A stretch of DNA of 63,946 bases, counting the filler, from Corallochytrium limacisporum Hawaii (lineage: Eukaryota > Protista > Pluriformea): NCBI GenBank assembly GCA_002811645.1. It is 6 parts of 6 records of this genome, joined end to end, with 100 filler letters (N's around TTAATTAATTAA, not from the genome) between each part and the next. Parts side by side here need not be neighbours in the genome. Positions count along the whole stretch, not along the records: positions 6,017 to 21,395 come from PDIP01000175.1; positions 21,496 to 33,996 come from PDIP01000191.1; 4 more parts are not named here. One strand, written 5' to 3'. The translations under genes and the position numbers were made by a program. Positions 12,001 to 22,954 of the stretch are shown here, one piece after another. The notes below the pieces were generated by a model that saw only the letters and a program-made list of their open reading frames with translations, was not told the origin of the DNA and searched no databases. Positions within the stretch are counted from its first letter, which is position 1; each line of letters opens with the position of its first letter.

Positions 12001-13834
12001 GCGATTAAAAGTTGAGCAGGGCGTAGTCCCAGAAAATTTTGAAAGAACTGTGTCTGACCAATATGAGTCCTCAATACCAATGCGACATATGGGGCCCCCT
12101 TCGTATAGTGAAACTACACCGTTAAATGCTCTGGGAAGGTATGCGGTGGTGTGAAAATGTGGTCGATCGGTTTCGTTGGGAAAAAAAAAGGGAAGGGGGG
12201 GGGGGCCTTTGGTTTGCGACCACCGCACAGCGGCAAAGAGGCCCCCGAACCCGTGTGCCCCCCCCCCCGGTTAGAAGGGGGCGGGCTTGTTACGAAACAA
12301 TGTCACGGGTCCGTCCGTGTTTTTGCGAAAGAGTAGTTGTGCGCCATCGTGCCCTGCAGTGCCCATCCTCACAGCAGTGGCATGCACAATACAGAGAATA
12401 GCCAGACGATCAGCCCATACTTTTTCAGGCATGAACAGTATTGTGCAAAGAGAACGAATCGGTGCGTGAGCAAGGGAGGGGTGTGCTCCGGAATTTTTAC
12501 GAATTGTACGCCCCAGTCCTTTCCCCCCTCCCCCCTCCTCCTCCTCCTCTCCTTCCGCCCACCACCCTCCGTTCCCTTCGACTCCGGGTATATTTTCCTT
12601 TCGGGAAGCCCACCGACCGGATCGAGAGTGTCTGTGCTCCACCGACTCCTCCCCTTTTTTTCATTTTGCTCTACTGCGTCTATCCTCGCTCGGTCTGTCT
12701 TGTGCCTCCTACGTTTCGCACAAGCCTTGTCGAAGTATTGCGAAAGTATGGACTAAACATAATTTGTTTGTGGTCAGGAACAGGTGATAGATGAAAGCAC
12801 GGGGGGAGGGGGAGAAGAGAACGAAGCAAGCGACAACCCCCTCTCTCTCTCTCCAAAATGGCGGAGCCGGGATGAGGGAAGGAGGATAGTGGCCCCTAAG
12901 AACAACCACACAGAAGCAATGGTGCAGAGAGAGGGCAAAAAGGAAAAAGAAAAGGGAAAAATAGCAGAGAGTGTTTTATCGGAACAAAGGCGATTGGCAC
13001 AGAAAATGGAGAGACACCACCGACACGAGAACAAAAGAAAGAAAAGGAAGAGAGGGAGCGAAGGGAGGGAGGGGGGGGGAGAAAGGGGGGAAGTGGACGG
13101 GAGCGGGAGATTGGGGGGGCACAACCGAGGCCACAGACACGCAACTTCATGATCATTCTGTATACTGAAAGAACCAGAGATTTCCAGATTCTCTGTCGAT
13201 AAAGCCCGGACCCGGGAAAGAGAAGGGAGCCCCAGGGTGGAGAGGAGGGCCCGGGGGGAGAAAAGGGGGGGGAAGAGCCCCCGGGAAGGGCGAATCACCT
13301 CCAATTGAAAAGGAGAATGAAAACGATGGCCGTGTCACAAAAACCCAAGAGAGAACCAGAGGGCCCCAGAGTCTCGTGTGCGTGTTTCCCTTATTTTGTG
13401 AAAGTCTGATAACATGTTATCATTCCAATTTGTTTCATGGGTCATGAGGGAAAAGAAGAATGACAAGAGACCGCGGTAGGAAGACAGAGAGCATCCTGCT
13501 CACCGATAAGGACCATGGTATTTACGAGGTCAAGGATATTATATTCGATAAAGATCAGGGATGAATGGTTAGTGGAATCTGGTTAGTAAAAACCACCACA
13601 ACACACACAACAGAAAAGTGAAACACTTAAGGGAGAGTTTTGAAGTCACAACTACACGGGTCATTCCCAAAGAACAGAGCAAGAAGTTTGTGCGCCATGG
13701 CTGGAATGGCTTGTAAGTTTACCTCCTAGAACTCGGGAGCTTGATTTCTTCCCGAGTTACCACAAGAAACGTACACAAACACAACACACAACTACACAAC
13801 ACACAACACGCAACACATACAGAAAGGAACAACA

Positions 13835-16129
13835 ATGGGTTTGTTTGCCAAGAAGTCGAAAAGCACCAAATGCTGCGGCAAGGTCGACCAGAAAGAGTTG
13901 GACCGTCGACTCTGGACCATGTCCAACAGCCCAAGTCAGGATATTGACTTTGCGGGTATGAACCTGAGGGAAGTACCGGACCAACTTGTTGGCATTTGTA
14001 TGAGCAAGTCGCAATTTGATCTTTCACTTGATTACAATGCACTGAAAGAGTTACCAAATGGTCTGGCCAAGGCCGTAGGTATGCGGGTGCTCAGCGTGAT
14101 GAACAACGGTTTGAAGTATCTGCCTACCATAGTTCCCAATTGGAGCAATCTTCAGGAGATGGTTCTGTCAAACAATAAGCTCTGTAGTTTACCGGAGTGG
14201 ATTGGTCATGCCTGTCCCAATTTGAGAGTTCTAAATGTCTCTGGCAACCGCTTGACCACATTGCCAGACTCCATTGGTGACCTGCAGGAGCTCAGAACTC
14301 TTGATGCAAACAACAATAATATTCGGGTGCTGCCTCCTTCACTGGGACACTTAGTCAATTGTTCGCTGATGGATCTGACCGAGAATCCCATCTGTAAATT
14401 GTTGCCCAGTGACCATAGTGCCACTTCAGCAGAATCCATTCGTTCTTACGCCGAGGAATGCGCCCAATCTGGCAAACGGAAGCTTGATATGCGCCGCGGG
14501 TCTTCGGCGTCGTCGGTTGACGTTAGCACCGCCAGTACCATCTCTAACTACAGCACTCACTGTCCGTTCGAGATGCTGTCTATGAAGCCTGCAGCACACT
14601 GCCAATTCATGGGCAAGAGGTGCAAGGAATTAGACCGGGCCCAGATGCTGAAGCTGCGGGAAGAGAAAATCGCCGAGTCGGTAGTAAGCCGGCAGCAAAT
14701 GCAGAGCGTCTGCCGCAAGAATGGCGTCAACTATCTCAAACAGAGCGAGGAGAAGACCATGAAACACGTCAAGAGCGTGAACAATGATGTGGCCTCTGAG
14801 CGCAGCCGCAAGGAGGCGGAAGCCGCCAAGCGTGAATACGACCAGACTGCTATGGGCGAGAAGGCTGCCACGCTGACAGCAGATTGCCGTGCCGTTATGC
14901 ATGACGCCGCCTATTCAGTACTGGACCGTGACAACGAACTGGCTCCCCATATTATGAAGGTCATGGACCAGGCCTTCACTGACCGTGTCGCCGGAGGCGC
15001 GCTCTTTGAGAAGATGCTGTCAGATGAACAAAGTCTACGCAAGCACATTGAAACTGAACAAGAGCGTTCCCGCATTGCTCGTGAAGCCGAACTGGAGATG
15101 ACCAAGAACATAACTCTGCAGATTCAAGGAGCGATGGAAGAACAGGTGCGCAAGGCTATGAATGACCGTGACCAGGCCATGCACGCCAACTTGGAACAGC
15201 AACGCGAATTTACTGGCATTGTGGCCAAGAAGGTCCAGGAACAGATTGCCACACACCGTCGCCGCCAGGAAGAGCTCTTCAAAGATACCTACGAGCTCGA
15301 GTGCAAGATTAAAGCCCTGGGCCTGGATAAGTATGAGATGCAGTCTAGATTGGCTGCTGATATCCATCAGACCCAGCTGCGCATTGCTGAGCTCAATCGT
15401 CAACACCACGCCAGCCGCAATACCGGTGGCGTACAGGCCGCCACCGCTGTCGACAACGAACTGAACAAGCTTGCGGATCGTCTCAAGGAACTCATGCAGT
15501 ACAAACACAGCGTACTCCTGGAGGCGGACGAAAAGATTCGTAAGCATGAACGCGAGGCTGGTCAGTCGTTCCTGTCCAAATGGGGACATGAGCGCCGGCA
15601 GTCCCAGGCCCACATGGAATGGGATCCTGACCGTGATGATCTTGAAATGTTGCTTGCCTCTTGTGGCAAGGACATGTATATTGAGATGCTCAGGTATAAG
15701 AACATTACCTTGTCTGACCTTCAAGTGAAGGACAAGTGTAAGGCCAAGGATCTGCTCATCAAGGCTGAGGTCATGTCTGCAGAAGACCGCTGCGTGATTC
15801 TGCGGGCCGCCAACGAATGGGCCAAGATCAAGGAGGGCATCAACCAGACCGTCTGGGAGGAAACGGAACAAGAAATTGTAGAGATGGCTGGATCCATGTC
15901 GCTGGACGACAGTAACGGCGTCTCTCCAGTCAACTCTGGACTCATGGTCAGCAAGGCAGCAAGTGCCCTGGCCGATGAAGAGGCACTGTGCAAGATGTGC
16001 AACACCTACGAGGTCTCTGTGATCAACGTACCCTGTGGTCACACTTCGTTGTGCCATCAGTGCTCGCTGAACACCCTGTACTGTCCGGTGTGCCACGAAG
16101 AGTGCATCAGCACAGTCCCTTTGAACTGA
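13835..16129 (+). CDS. LRSAM1: LRSAM1/Tal-like E3 ubiquitin ligase (LRR - coiled coil - SAM - RING)
   Basis: 764 aa. N-terminal LxxLxLxxNxLxxLP repeats, long coiled coil, SAM-like DDLEMLLASCG..YIEMLRYKNITLSDL, and C-terminal RING CKMC..PCGH..LCHQC..CPVC. Domain order and N-terminus resemble animal LRSAM1. Confidence 0.85.
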   Translation: MGLFAKKSKSTKCCGKVDQKELDRRLWTMSNSPSQDIDFAGMNLREVPDQLVGICMSKSQFDLSLDYNALKELPNGLAKAVGMRVLSVMNNGLKYLPTIVPNWSNLQEMVLSNNKLCSLPEWIGHACPNLRVLNVSGNRLTTLPDSIGDLQELRTLDANNNNIRVLPPSLGHLVNCSLMDLTENPICKLLPSDHSATSAESIRSYAEECAQSGKRKLDMRRGSSASSVDVSTASTISNYSTHCPFEMLSMKPAAHCQFMGKRCKELDRAQMLKLREEKIAESVVSRQQMQSVCRKNGVNYLKQSEEKTMKHVKSVNNDVASERSRKEAEAAKREYDQTAMGEKAATLTADCRAVMHDAAYSVLDRDNELAPHIMKVMDQAFTDRVAGGALFEKMLSDEQSLRKHIETEQERSRIAREAELEMTKNITLQIQGAMEEQVRKAMNDRDQAMHANLEQQREFTGIVAKKVQEQIATHRRRQEELFKDTYELECKIKALGLDKYEMQSRLAADIHQTQLRIAELNRQHHASRNTGGVQAATAVDNELNKLADRLKELMQYKHSVLLEADEKIRKHEREAGQSFLSKWGHERRQSQAHMEWDPDRDDLEMLLASCGKDMYIEMLRYKNITLSDLQVKDKCKAKDLLIKAEVMSAEDRCVILRAANEWAKIKEGINQTVWEETEQEIVEMAGSMSLDDSNGVSPVNSGLMVSKAASALADEEALCKMCNTYEVSVINVPCGHTSLCHQCSLNTLYCPVCHEECISTVPLN

Positions 16130-16256
16130 TATACAAAATTTCTGTTGGAGCAGCAGTCTCTGGACTTTCATTTTGTCATCAGCACAGTTCCTTTGAACTG
16201 ATATACAAAAAGATGAATTTTTGTAGGAGCAGCAGTCTCCGTGACTTTTCATTTTG
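16105..16256. repeat. Imperfect tandem duplication (about 72-80 bp) spanning the LRSAM1 stop codon
   Basis: catcagcacagt..ctttgaactgatatacaaaa..ggagcagcagtctc..gactttcattttg starts at 16105 and again at 16177. Confidence 0.9.
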
Positions 16257-16452
16257 ATGTACATTACCCTGTGAACATGTGAACCATCAACAACATCGCA
16301 TACTTTTAAGCGGTTCTTTTTTTTGACATCGTAACATCTTTGTAAAAATAAAAAAGACCAAAACAGTTGCAAAAGAATATTTGAAAGCCTTTTCTGTTCG
16401 GATTGTTTCAAGATGACTATGACTTTGTATTACATATATGCTCCCTGTGACC

Positions 16453-17091
16453 TCACGTTTGTGTTTCCTTTGTTGGGTGCGCTCGTTGCAGCACGTAGTG
16501 CATATTCTTGCCCTGCAAGAAAAGATTCCTCACGACGTTGATCTCCCCAAGGGTCACACACTCCAGACCGAGATCCCCACCCATGACACCCTGGTCTGCC
16601 TCACTGATGAATCGAGTCAGGGTTGTTGTCTGTTCAAAGAGTTTGTGCGCCCGCACTTCACGCAGGTTCTGCAGGGCCACTTTGATGGCGTGGAGGTCCT
16701 CAATATCTTCCGGTGCGGCGTTGATCAGCATCTGTGCCACCTCAAACAAGTGCTCCGGAATGGGCTGTAGCAGTTCCTTCTCCTTCTCCTTATCGAAGTA
16801 ATGCCTTAATTGTTCGACGGTCATCCATTCAGGTGCCTGGATCTTACACTTCTGATTACTTTTGAGCTGCAGTGCCAACCACAAGGGCACTTTGGCCGGT
16901 ACTGATGCCCGAAACTGTGGGATTTCCGTCGAGAGGAGCTGTATCTTCTTGCTGCTGAAAGACGGGTAGATCTTGATTTCAACATCCTTGGCTAAGAAGT
17001 CTACATGGGCAGCTGTAAAATCATTGGGCACTTGGTATGGATTCTGGAGCGGTCGAGGCTGGTGCTTCCGGGCTTCCTTAGTGACGGGCAT
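16453..17091 (-). CDS. GINS2: DNA replication GINS complex subunit Psf2
   Basis: FLAKDVEIKIYPSF, PQFRASVPAKVPLWLALQLKSNQKCKIQAPEWM, NLREVRAHKL and TLGEINVVR are Psf2 motifs. Confidence 0.95.
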   Translation of the reverse strand: MPVTKEARKHQPRPLQNPYQVPNDFTAAHVDFLAKDVEIKIYPSFSSKKIQLLSTEIPQFRASVPAKVPLWLALQLKSNQKCKIQAPEWMTVEQLRHYFDKEKEKELLQPIPEHLFEVAQMLINAAPEDIEDLHAIKVALQNLREVRAHKLFEQTTTLTRFISEADQGVMGGDLGLECVTLGEINVVRNLFLQGKNMHYVLQRAHPTKETQT

Positions 17092-18110
17092 GTTCGCTTT
17101 ATGGTCCTCAAGTCCGTCCCCGCTTCTTCTCGTCGACTACACTAGTTTCAAGGTCTGCGTACCAGCACAGAATCCATTGAATGTGTCGTATTTACCAATA
17201 ATCTGACATTCAACGTCTTGATCTCAGTTTCTGACCTCAGTAATTGAAGTACTTTTGTCTCCCTTGAAATGCGGCACAGAGGAAACCACTTCGGCCTGAA
17301 TCACGGACTTTTCGCGCCGTCCTCAAAGCCAGCTGTGGGCCCCGCCCTCTCCTCCCCTCCTTCCCCCTCATCCGACGCAGTACTCAGAGTACAGGTGTCC
17401 CAGTACCACCGGTACATGTAATATGTCGAACCAAAGGGAGAAACTAGGGACCCATTTATGTATACGGGCACTGGAACTGCCCCGAAACCCCCCCCCGGGG
17501 GGGGCAGGGGGGCTCTTCCTGGCCAGAAAGCACACACAATTCCGAATTTTCGGGGAGGGGGTCTAAAACACACACACAAATTTGTGTGTGTGTTTTTTTG
17601 TCTTTCCGAAAAGGCGGTCGATTTATCAATATTTCCTTTTTCTTCCCCCCCGAACTGTGACCAAGTATTATATGTACTCAGTACGTGAAAGCGAATTGGA
17701 TGAATTAGTACTTAATGTACCGCTTGTACCTTCACCCCATACAAAAACTACCAAACAGGATGGTCCATTGGGACGTGCTCCATTCAAAGTTTGGGTGGCC
17801 TCTCGGGCCAATTTCGGTACATTACCTATACATGGGGCGCCGCAGAGGTCGCCTCTGGCACGGTACTATGCCATAGCAAATGCATTGACTAAGCATACAA
17901 CTTCGCCCATATGGGAAGCACTGGACCTGGCAAAGGAATTGTTACGTGCATTGGTGATACTGAATGGGACGATTATCGTTTGTTAGCACCCTATGACAAG
18001 CTGTACAGTCCTATTTGAGACCAGGGGCCTTGCTCATATAATGGTCCTTAAACGGAATAGTTAATGATCAGATTAATCTCGGGATAGTTTGGGAATAGTC
18101 ATTAGCAATC

Positions 18111-18836
18111 ATGAAGTTCAACATCGCTTATCCCGCTAACGGGACACAGAAGCTCATCGATATCGATGACGAGCGCCGGTGCCGCGCTGTCTACGACAAG
18201 CGCATGGGTCAGGAGATGGAAGCTGACTTTCTGGGTGAGGAGTTCAAGGGTTACATTCTCCGCGTGTCCGGTGGTAACGACAAGCAGGGTTTCTGCATGA
18301 AGCAGGGTGTGCTGACCAACCAGCGTGTGCGTCTGTTTATGGGTGCCGGACACTCTTGCTACCGTCCCCGCCGCAAGGGCGAGCGCCGTCGCAAGTCCGT
18401 CCGTGGCTGCATCGTCGACCAGCTCATGTCTGTTGTGAACTTGGTTGTCGTGAAGAAGGGTGAACAGGAGGTGCCCGGTCTGACCGACCGCAACATTCCT
18501 CGTCGCCGTGGTCCCAAGCGCGCCAACAACATCCGCAAGCTGTTCAACCTGTCCAAGGAGGACGACGTGCGCAAGTATGTGATCCGCCGCAACCTGGATG
18601 ACAAGGATGGTAAGAAGCGTGGCTCCAAGTCCGCCAAGATCCAGCGCATCATCACTCCCCAGCGTCTGCAGCGCAAGCGCCGTGCACGCGCCCTCAAGGA
18701 GAAGCGTCGTGAAGCTAGCCGCGAACAGGCCGCTGACTACAAGGCCCTCCTGGCCACCCGCGCCCGGGAGGCCCGTGAGCGTCGCCGCTCTCTGTCTCGC
18801 CGTCGTTCTGCTTCTCAGTCCAGCACCCAGGCATAA
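18111..18836 (+). CDS. RPS6: 40S ribosomal protein S6 (eS6)
   Basis: [47 protein letters not shown], basic C-tail with phospho-serine motifs; strong codon bias. Confidence 0.99.
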   Translation: MKFNIAYPANGTQKLIDIDDERRCRAVYDKRMGQEMEADFLGEEFKGYILRVSGGNDKQGFCMKQGVLTNQRVRLFMGAGHSCYRPRRKGERRRKSVRGCIVDQLMSVVNLVVVKKGEQEVPGLTDRNIPRRRGPKRANNIRKLFNLSKEDDVRKYVIRRNLDDKDGKKRGSKSAKIQRIITPQRLQRKRRARALKEKRREASREQAADYKALLATRAREARERRRSLSRRRSASQSSTQA

Positions 18837-19432
18837 AGAACCAAAACCATATCTTTCATCAAAACGACAATGGGTTGCATCTGACGCAATGGTGCCACAT
18901 CATACCCTTGCGTTAAGGTGAGAAGTTTCTTGTTCCTCACTTGGTACCCGAGGCTTTTCTGTCATGATGATGGTGGTTCTCGCAAATCGTCTTGGTATGC
19001 CTTCAAAGGTGGAAGAGTCTTCATGTTTCGAACTGTTGCTTTTTAGTTCCATATTTTCCATACTCAACATTCGTTGAACCCAAATCTTGCATCGCATTTT
19101 CTTTTAGCGAGGTTCATGCACCTCAAAACCCCCCTCCTACATAGCAAGCAACAGTCTTGGGAAATGATTTTTGACATTCACATCCCACCTAGCGTACACC
19201 GAGGATTTATGGTATATATCCACACGATACAATGAACATCAGCGAGCCCGTGCCAATGAGGGATAATTCGTGCCACTTCAAATTCAAATCACTTTTCTCC
19301 ATCTCTTTAGCATGCACACACGAAATATCATAAAACCAGTAACATATGCTTTTTTCCTTTTATTGCAAGTATGTTGAGGTGATCGATGACGAAACGTGCT
19401 ACCTCGGTGTAATGTGAATTGCGCGTTGGCAC

Positions 19433-20728
19433 TTACAGCTCTTGGATCAAACAGCCAATGGCAGTGTCTCGGAGTACCATGGCTGCATCCTTGCTGAGGT
19501 TGCTGCGTGCCGTGACGAAAAGATATGGCATGTGGTCACGTTCACGCCGCTCAGCTGCCAGGTTGAGGGCCATAAAGGCGTCTTGAGTGAGACGGTTCAA
19601 GCTCAGACGCAGTGACCGCAGACTGGGCATAATGATAATCTCCGGGGGAAACGTATACAGTTGGTTCTGACTAAGGTCGAGGTACCGCAGATGCGGTAAT
19701 CGACTTGCAATAGATGTGGGTACGTCGCTTATGGCATTGCTGCCTAGATTGATAATTTCAAGACCCTGGATCTCCAGCAGTCCCAGCGGGAACTGTTGCA
19801 ATGAGTTGCTGCTAAAATCAACGTGTGTCAGCCGCTGCAGGTACGAGATGTGTTCCGGTACACTACTGAGCATGCCAACGTTCAGGTGCAGGGTTCTCAG
19901 TTTCGTCAAGGTCTCCACATCTCGCGGCATCTGACGGATGGGGTTGGCCGTGATGATCAGCTCCTCAAGCTGATTGCTCAGCCGGCTCAAACCACCTATG
20001 CTGCCAAGATGATTTCCTTTCAGCACCAACCGGTTCAGGTTCGGTGGCACACGTTCACCAATGTGTAGAATTGGTACGAAGGAATACAACAGTTCCAAGC
20101 ACCTTAATGACGTACAGTCCACAAGTTCCTCAGGGATGGTGGACCGCAGCAGACCACGAAGGATCACAGTATGCAAATGCGGTATGCGGGCCAAGAGCCG
20201 TGACGGATGCTTTGCAATACCACAGCCATGATAGTCCACGATTTCCAAGGCTACAGGGCTGTGCAACTGGCGAAGATTCTGACAGAGCCGCGTAAACAAT
20301 GACTCCTCGCTAAACGCTGTGAAAATGTGCCACAAGATGGGAAGTTTGTGCTCCAGTTCCAGGGCATGGAACATGAAGCGTTCTGTACTAGTGCCGTTCG
20401 TAAATTCCTTACGTACTACAATCGGTGCAGTTCCGAGGCCACCGGCTAGCCACGCAGCGCGTACCTTTCTGCAGGTCGCCGCAGCCCGGAGAATATCAAT
20501 ATTTGCACCACAGGGGCGGTCAAGTGCCGATCGCGGGTCACTGGCATCACCACCGCAGGCCATGTGCCGCAGTATGCGAGTCCACAGTTCGACAGGTAGC
20601 TCAGGAACATGCACTTGTTCCGCCGTCTTTATGTCCCGCTCATTATCAATTAATTTCTGCAGTGTATCCTCGAGAGCTGTCTGTAATGAAGTCGCATTGC
20701 TTGCCAGCTTGACCGGCATTGGGGCCAT
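19433..20728 (-). CDS. F-box and leucine-rich repeat protein
   Basis: F-box-like PELPVELWTRILRHM..DILRAAATCRKVRAAW at residues about 42-93, followed by about 9 LRRs (LEELIITANPIRQMP, LRYLDLSQNQLYTFP). Confidence 0.85.
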   Translation of the reverse strand: MAPMPVKLASNATSLQTALEDTLQKLIDNERDIKTAEQVHVPELPVELWTRILRHMACGGDASDPRSALDRPCGANIDILRAAATCRKVRAAWLAGGLGTAPIVVRKEFTNGTSTERFMFHALELEHKLPILWHIFTAFSEESLFTRLCQNLRQLHSPVALEIVDYHGCGIAKHPSRLLARIPHLHTVILRGLLRSTIPEELVDCTSLRCLELLYSFVPILHIGERVPPNLNRLVLKGNHLGSIGGLSRLSNQLEELIITANPIRQMPRDVETLTKLRTLHLNVGMLSSVPEHISYLQRLTHVDFSSNSLQQFPLGLLEIQGLEIINLGSNAISDVPTSIASRLPHLRYLDLSQNQLYTFPPEIIIMPSLRSLRLSLNRLTQDAFMALNLAAERRERDHMPYLFVTARSNLSKDAAMVLRDTAIGCLIQEL

Positions 20729-21395
20729 TGTTAGTTGTTCTATCTATTGGACCGTTTTTCACGAACACACATATAGGATCGGACACCGAACAGACTATCA
20801 GGCTTGATGTTGACAGTACAAAACTCATTTACATCAAAGGCCCCATATAGGTGGTTAATCCTGCCAGTATGATCCTGACGGGTACGATCCTTGGCACCAT
20901 GACGAGCACTCGGAGGTATGTCACATGTACTATAGACCATATAGCAGGCAGACTACTCCCGGTCATCGGAAGCCCTAGAAACCACCCATATCGGGCCCGG
21001 ATTTGCACTGCACTGATAATCGCCACAAATGGATTTCAAAGGAATGGCTTTTGAAGCCCTTTAACGTTTACAGAGAGGGCAGGGAAGGCTCCCCCGGGGA
21101 GGAAAAAGGGGGGGGGTGGCGGGGTTGCAAAAGATACTATGGCTCGTACACTGTGGTTTTTAAACCCACCGCAGGCCCCATGACCCGCCATCTGTTTGGG
21201 CAGGTCTCTCGATCAATCAGCTGCTGCGCACCGCGCCCCGGGGCCGGTTGCAAAAACCCGAAACGGTGTCCTGAAGAGCGAGAAAAAGCCAATTGAGACC
21301 CCCGGTACTGAATATACGAGGATTTCCCATCACAGGACAGCTAGTATGGGGATTAGGGGAGCTATTTCCCCCCCCCCCCCGGGGCATCCCACACG

Positions 21396-21495
21396 NNNNN
21401 NNNNNNNNNNNNNNNNNNNNNNNNNNNNNNNNNNNNNNNTTAATTAATTAANNNNNNNNNNNNNNNNNNNNNNNNNNNNNNNNNNNNNNNNNNNN
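21396..21495. other. Artificial contig-joining spacer
   Basis: N44-TTAATTAATTAA-N44. Confidence 0.97.
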
Positions 21496-22863
21496 TGAAA
21501 AAGATCCTCGGGAGTCAAGTTTTTCGGAGTTTTGACCCTGACATACCAGACAGAGGGTGGTACCATTTTTGTTTTGTGGGCTTGGTGAAAAACGTTGGTT
21601 CTGAAGTATCCGAGACTGGGCTATCTTTCAGCAAAACTTCGAAGGTGAGAGTTCTCACGGACTTTTTCTTTCCCGTATTAAGACAAATTTGTTTTGATTT
21701 TTCTACCGTACGCTCTTAGGGGTAGGGGATCTGTGACTCTTTGTTTGAGTATACCGTACATCATGGGGTTGCTGATCGAAATTTAGGCTCGGCGCTCAGA
21801 TCCAGTTTTCCAAGAAGCCCCAAGAATTGCGGTCAAGACATTATCTACTCTCAAAGTGTCTAGAATTTAACCGATTTGGATGTTCTTCCTTTGTTTTGTA
21901 GTCGAGTGAAGTGATTGTTCTAAACCCGGTTGGCGCAATCTGTTGACTACCTCTATCTGATTACTATCAATAGGACCGAAACTATGCTCTGCAGACGTAG
22001 TTGCGCGATACGGAAAGAAAGGACAAGATGCGATCGGCGAGTGCTTTGGGTAGTGCCTCTCGCATGCTTCGAAGAGAATGTTGTTTGCAAGCCGATCGTA
22101 TCTTTTGCAACAAGAACACTCAATTCGATAGAAACCAACCCTTTTGGTGCGGCCATTGAAAGCATGTAACAAGTAAATGGTCACAAAACCAGACCCAGAC
22201 CCTGCACGCAGTGTATGGATGGTGCCGGCTTGCCACTTGAGCAAGATAACCACAGCCATATACTTAGAGACCATGTAAACATGCTTTGTCAACGGTACCA
22301 ACGTAACCGTGGCAGTATCGTACATGCAAGGAAACACAGTAACATTGCGGGTGTGGAATTCACGTTACCACGCACTGTCTTTATGACGGACCAATTGGAA
22401 TAAGGGCATCTATGATGAAGCTTTGTACCGTTGGTAAGCCTTACCAAACGTTGCTGACGATGAGGTCGCTATTGCCCGATCGGCTGCCTGGGTAGCTTCC
22501 CCTCCCCCCCCCCCGGAAGGGGGACGAGGGAAAGGGTTGATTTTGGACTGGTAGATGTGTTTCATCGCTGCTGCCTGACTCATGATCACCTTCCAGTGAC
22601 ATCGGTGTTGCTCAAGAATTGTGCACCATGTACTTTTGAAGAAGTCCTTAATGTGATCACTGGATGTGATTATATGCGTGGCAGCTCACACGTACCGAAC
22701 CTTTCTTCGCTGGCTGAACTGGAATCTTCCTTCCGCCGTCTTCCGCGGGCGGTGGTTCGACGCATTTCCACCCGCTTCGTAAGAAAGAATGGTGGCTGAC
22801 TGTGAACGTGCGAGAACGTGATACCAAACATGAAATTTTTCAAATACGCGTCCACAATAGAGG

Positions 22864-22920
22864 TATATAAAGATTCAGATCAGGCATGTACGAAGTGCTT
22901 GGAGAGACCGGATCATACTA
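22864..22920 (+). promoter_or_regulatory. Putative TATA box + AGATTC-AGATCA + GGATCATACTA element
   Basis: TATATAA at 22864, 91 nt upstream of ATG 22955. The 11-mer GGATCATACTA (22910-22920) is shared with the leader of gene 3179..3832. Confidence 0.5.
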
Positions 22921-22954
22921 TACTAAATTTGATTTCCAATGCTATTCGAAGAAA

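Noticed and set aside
15035-16411. 458-aa - strand ORF
   Set aside because: Antisense to the LRSAM1 coiled-coil and RING region.
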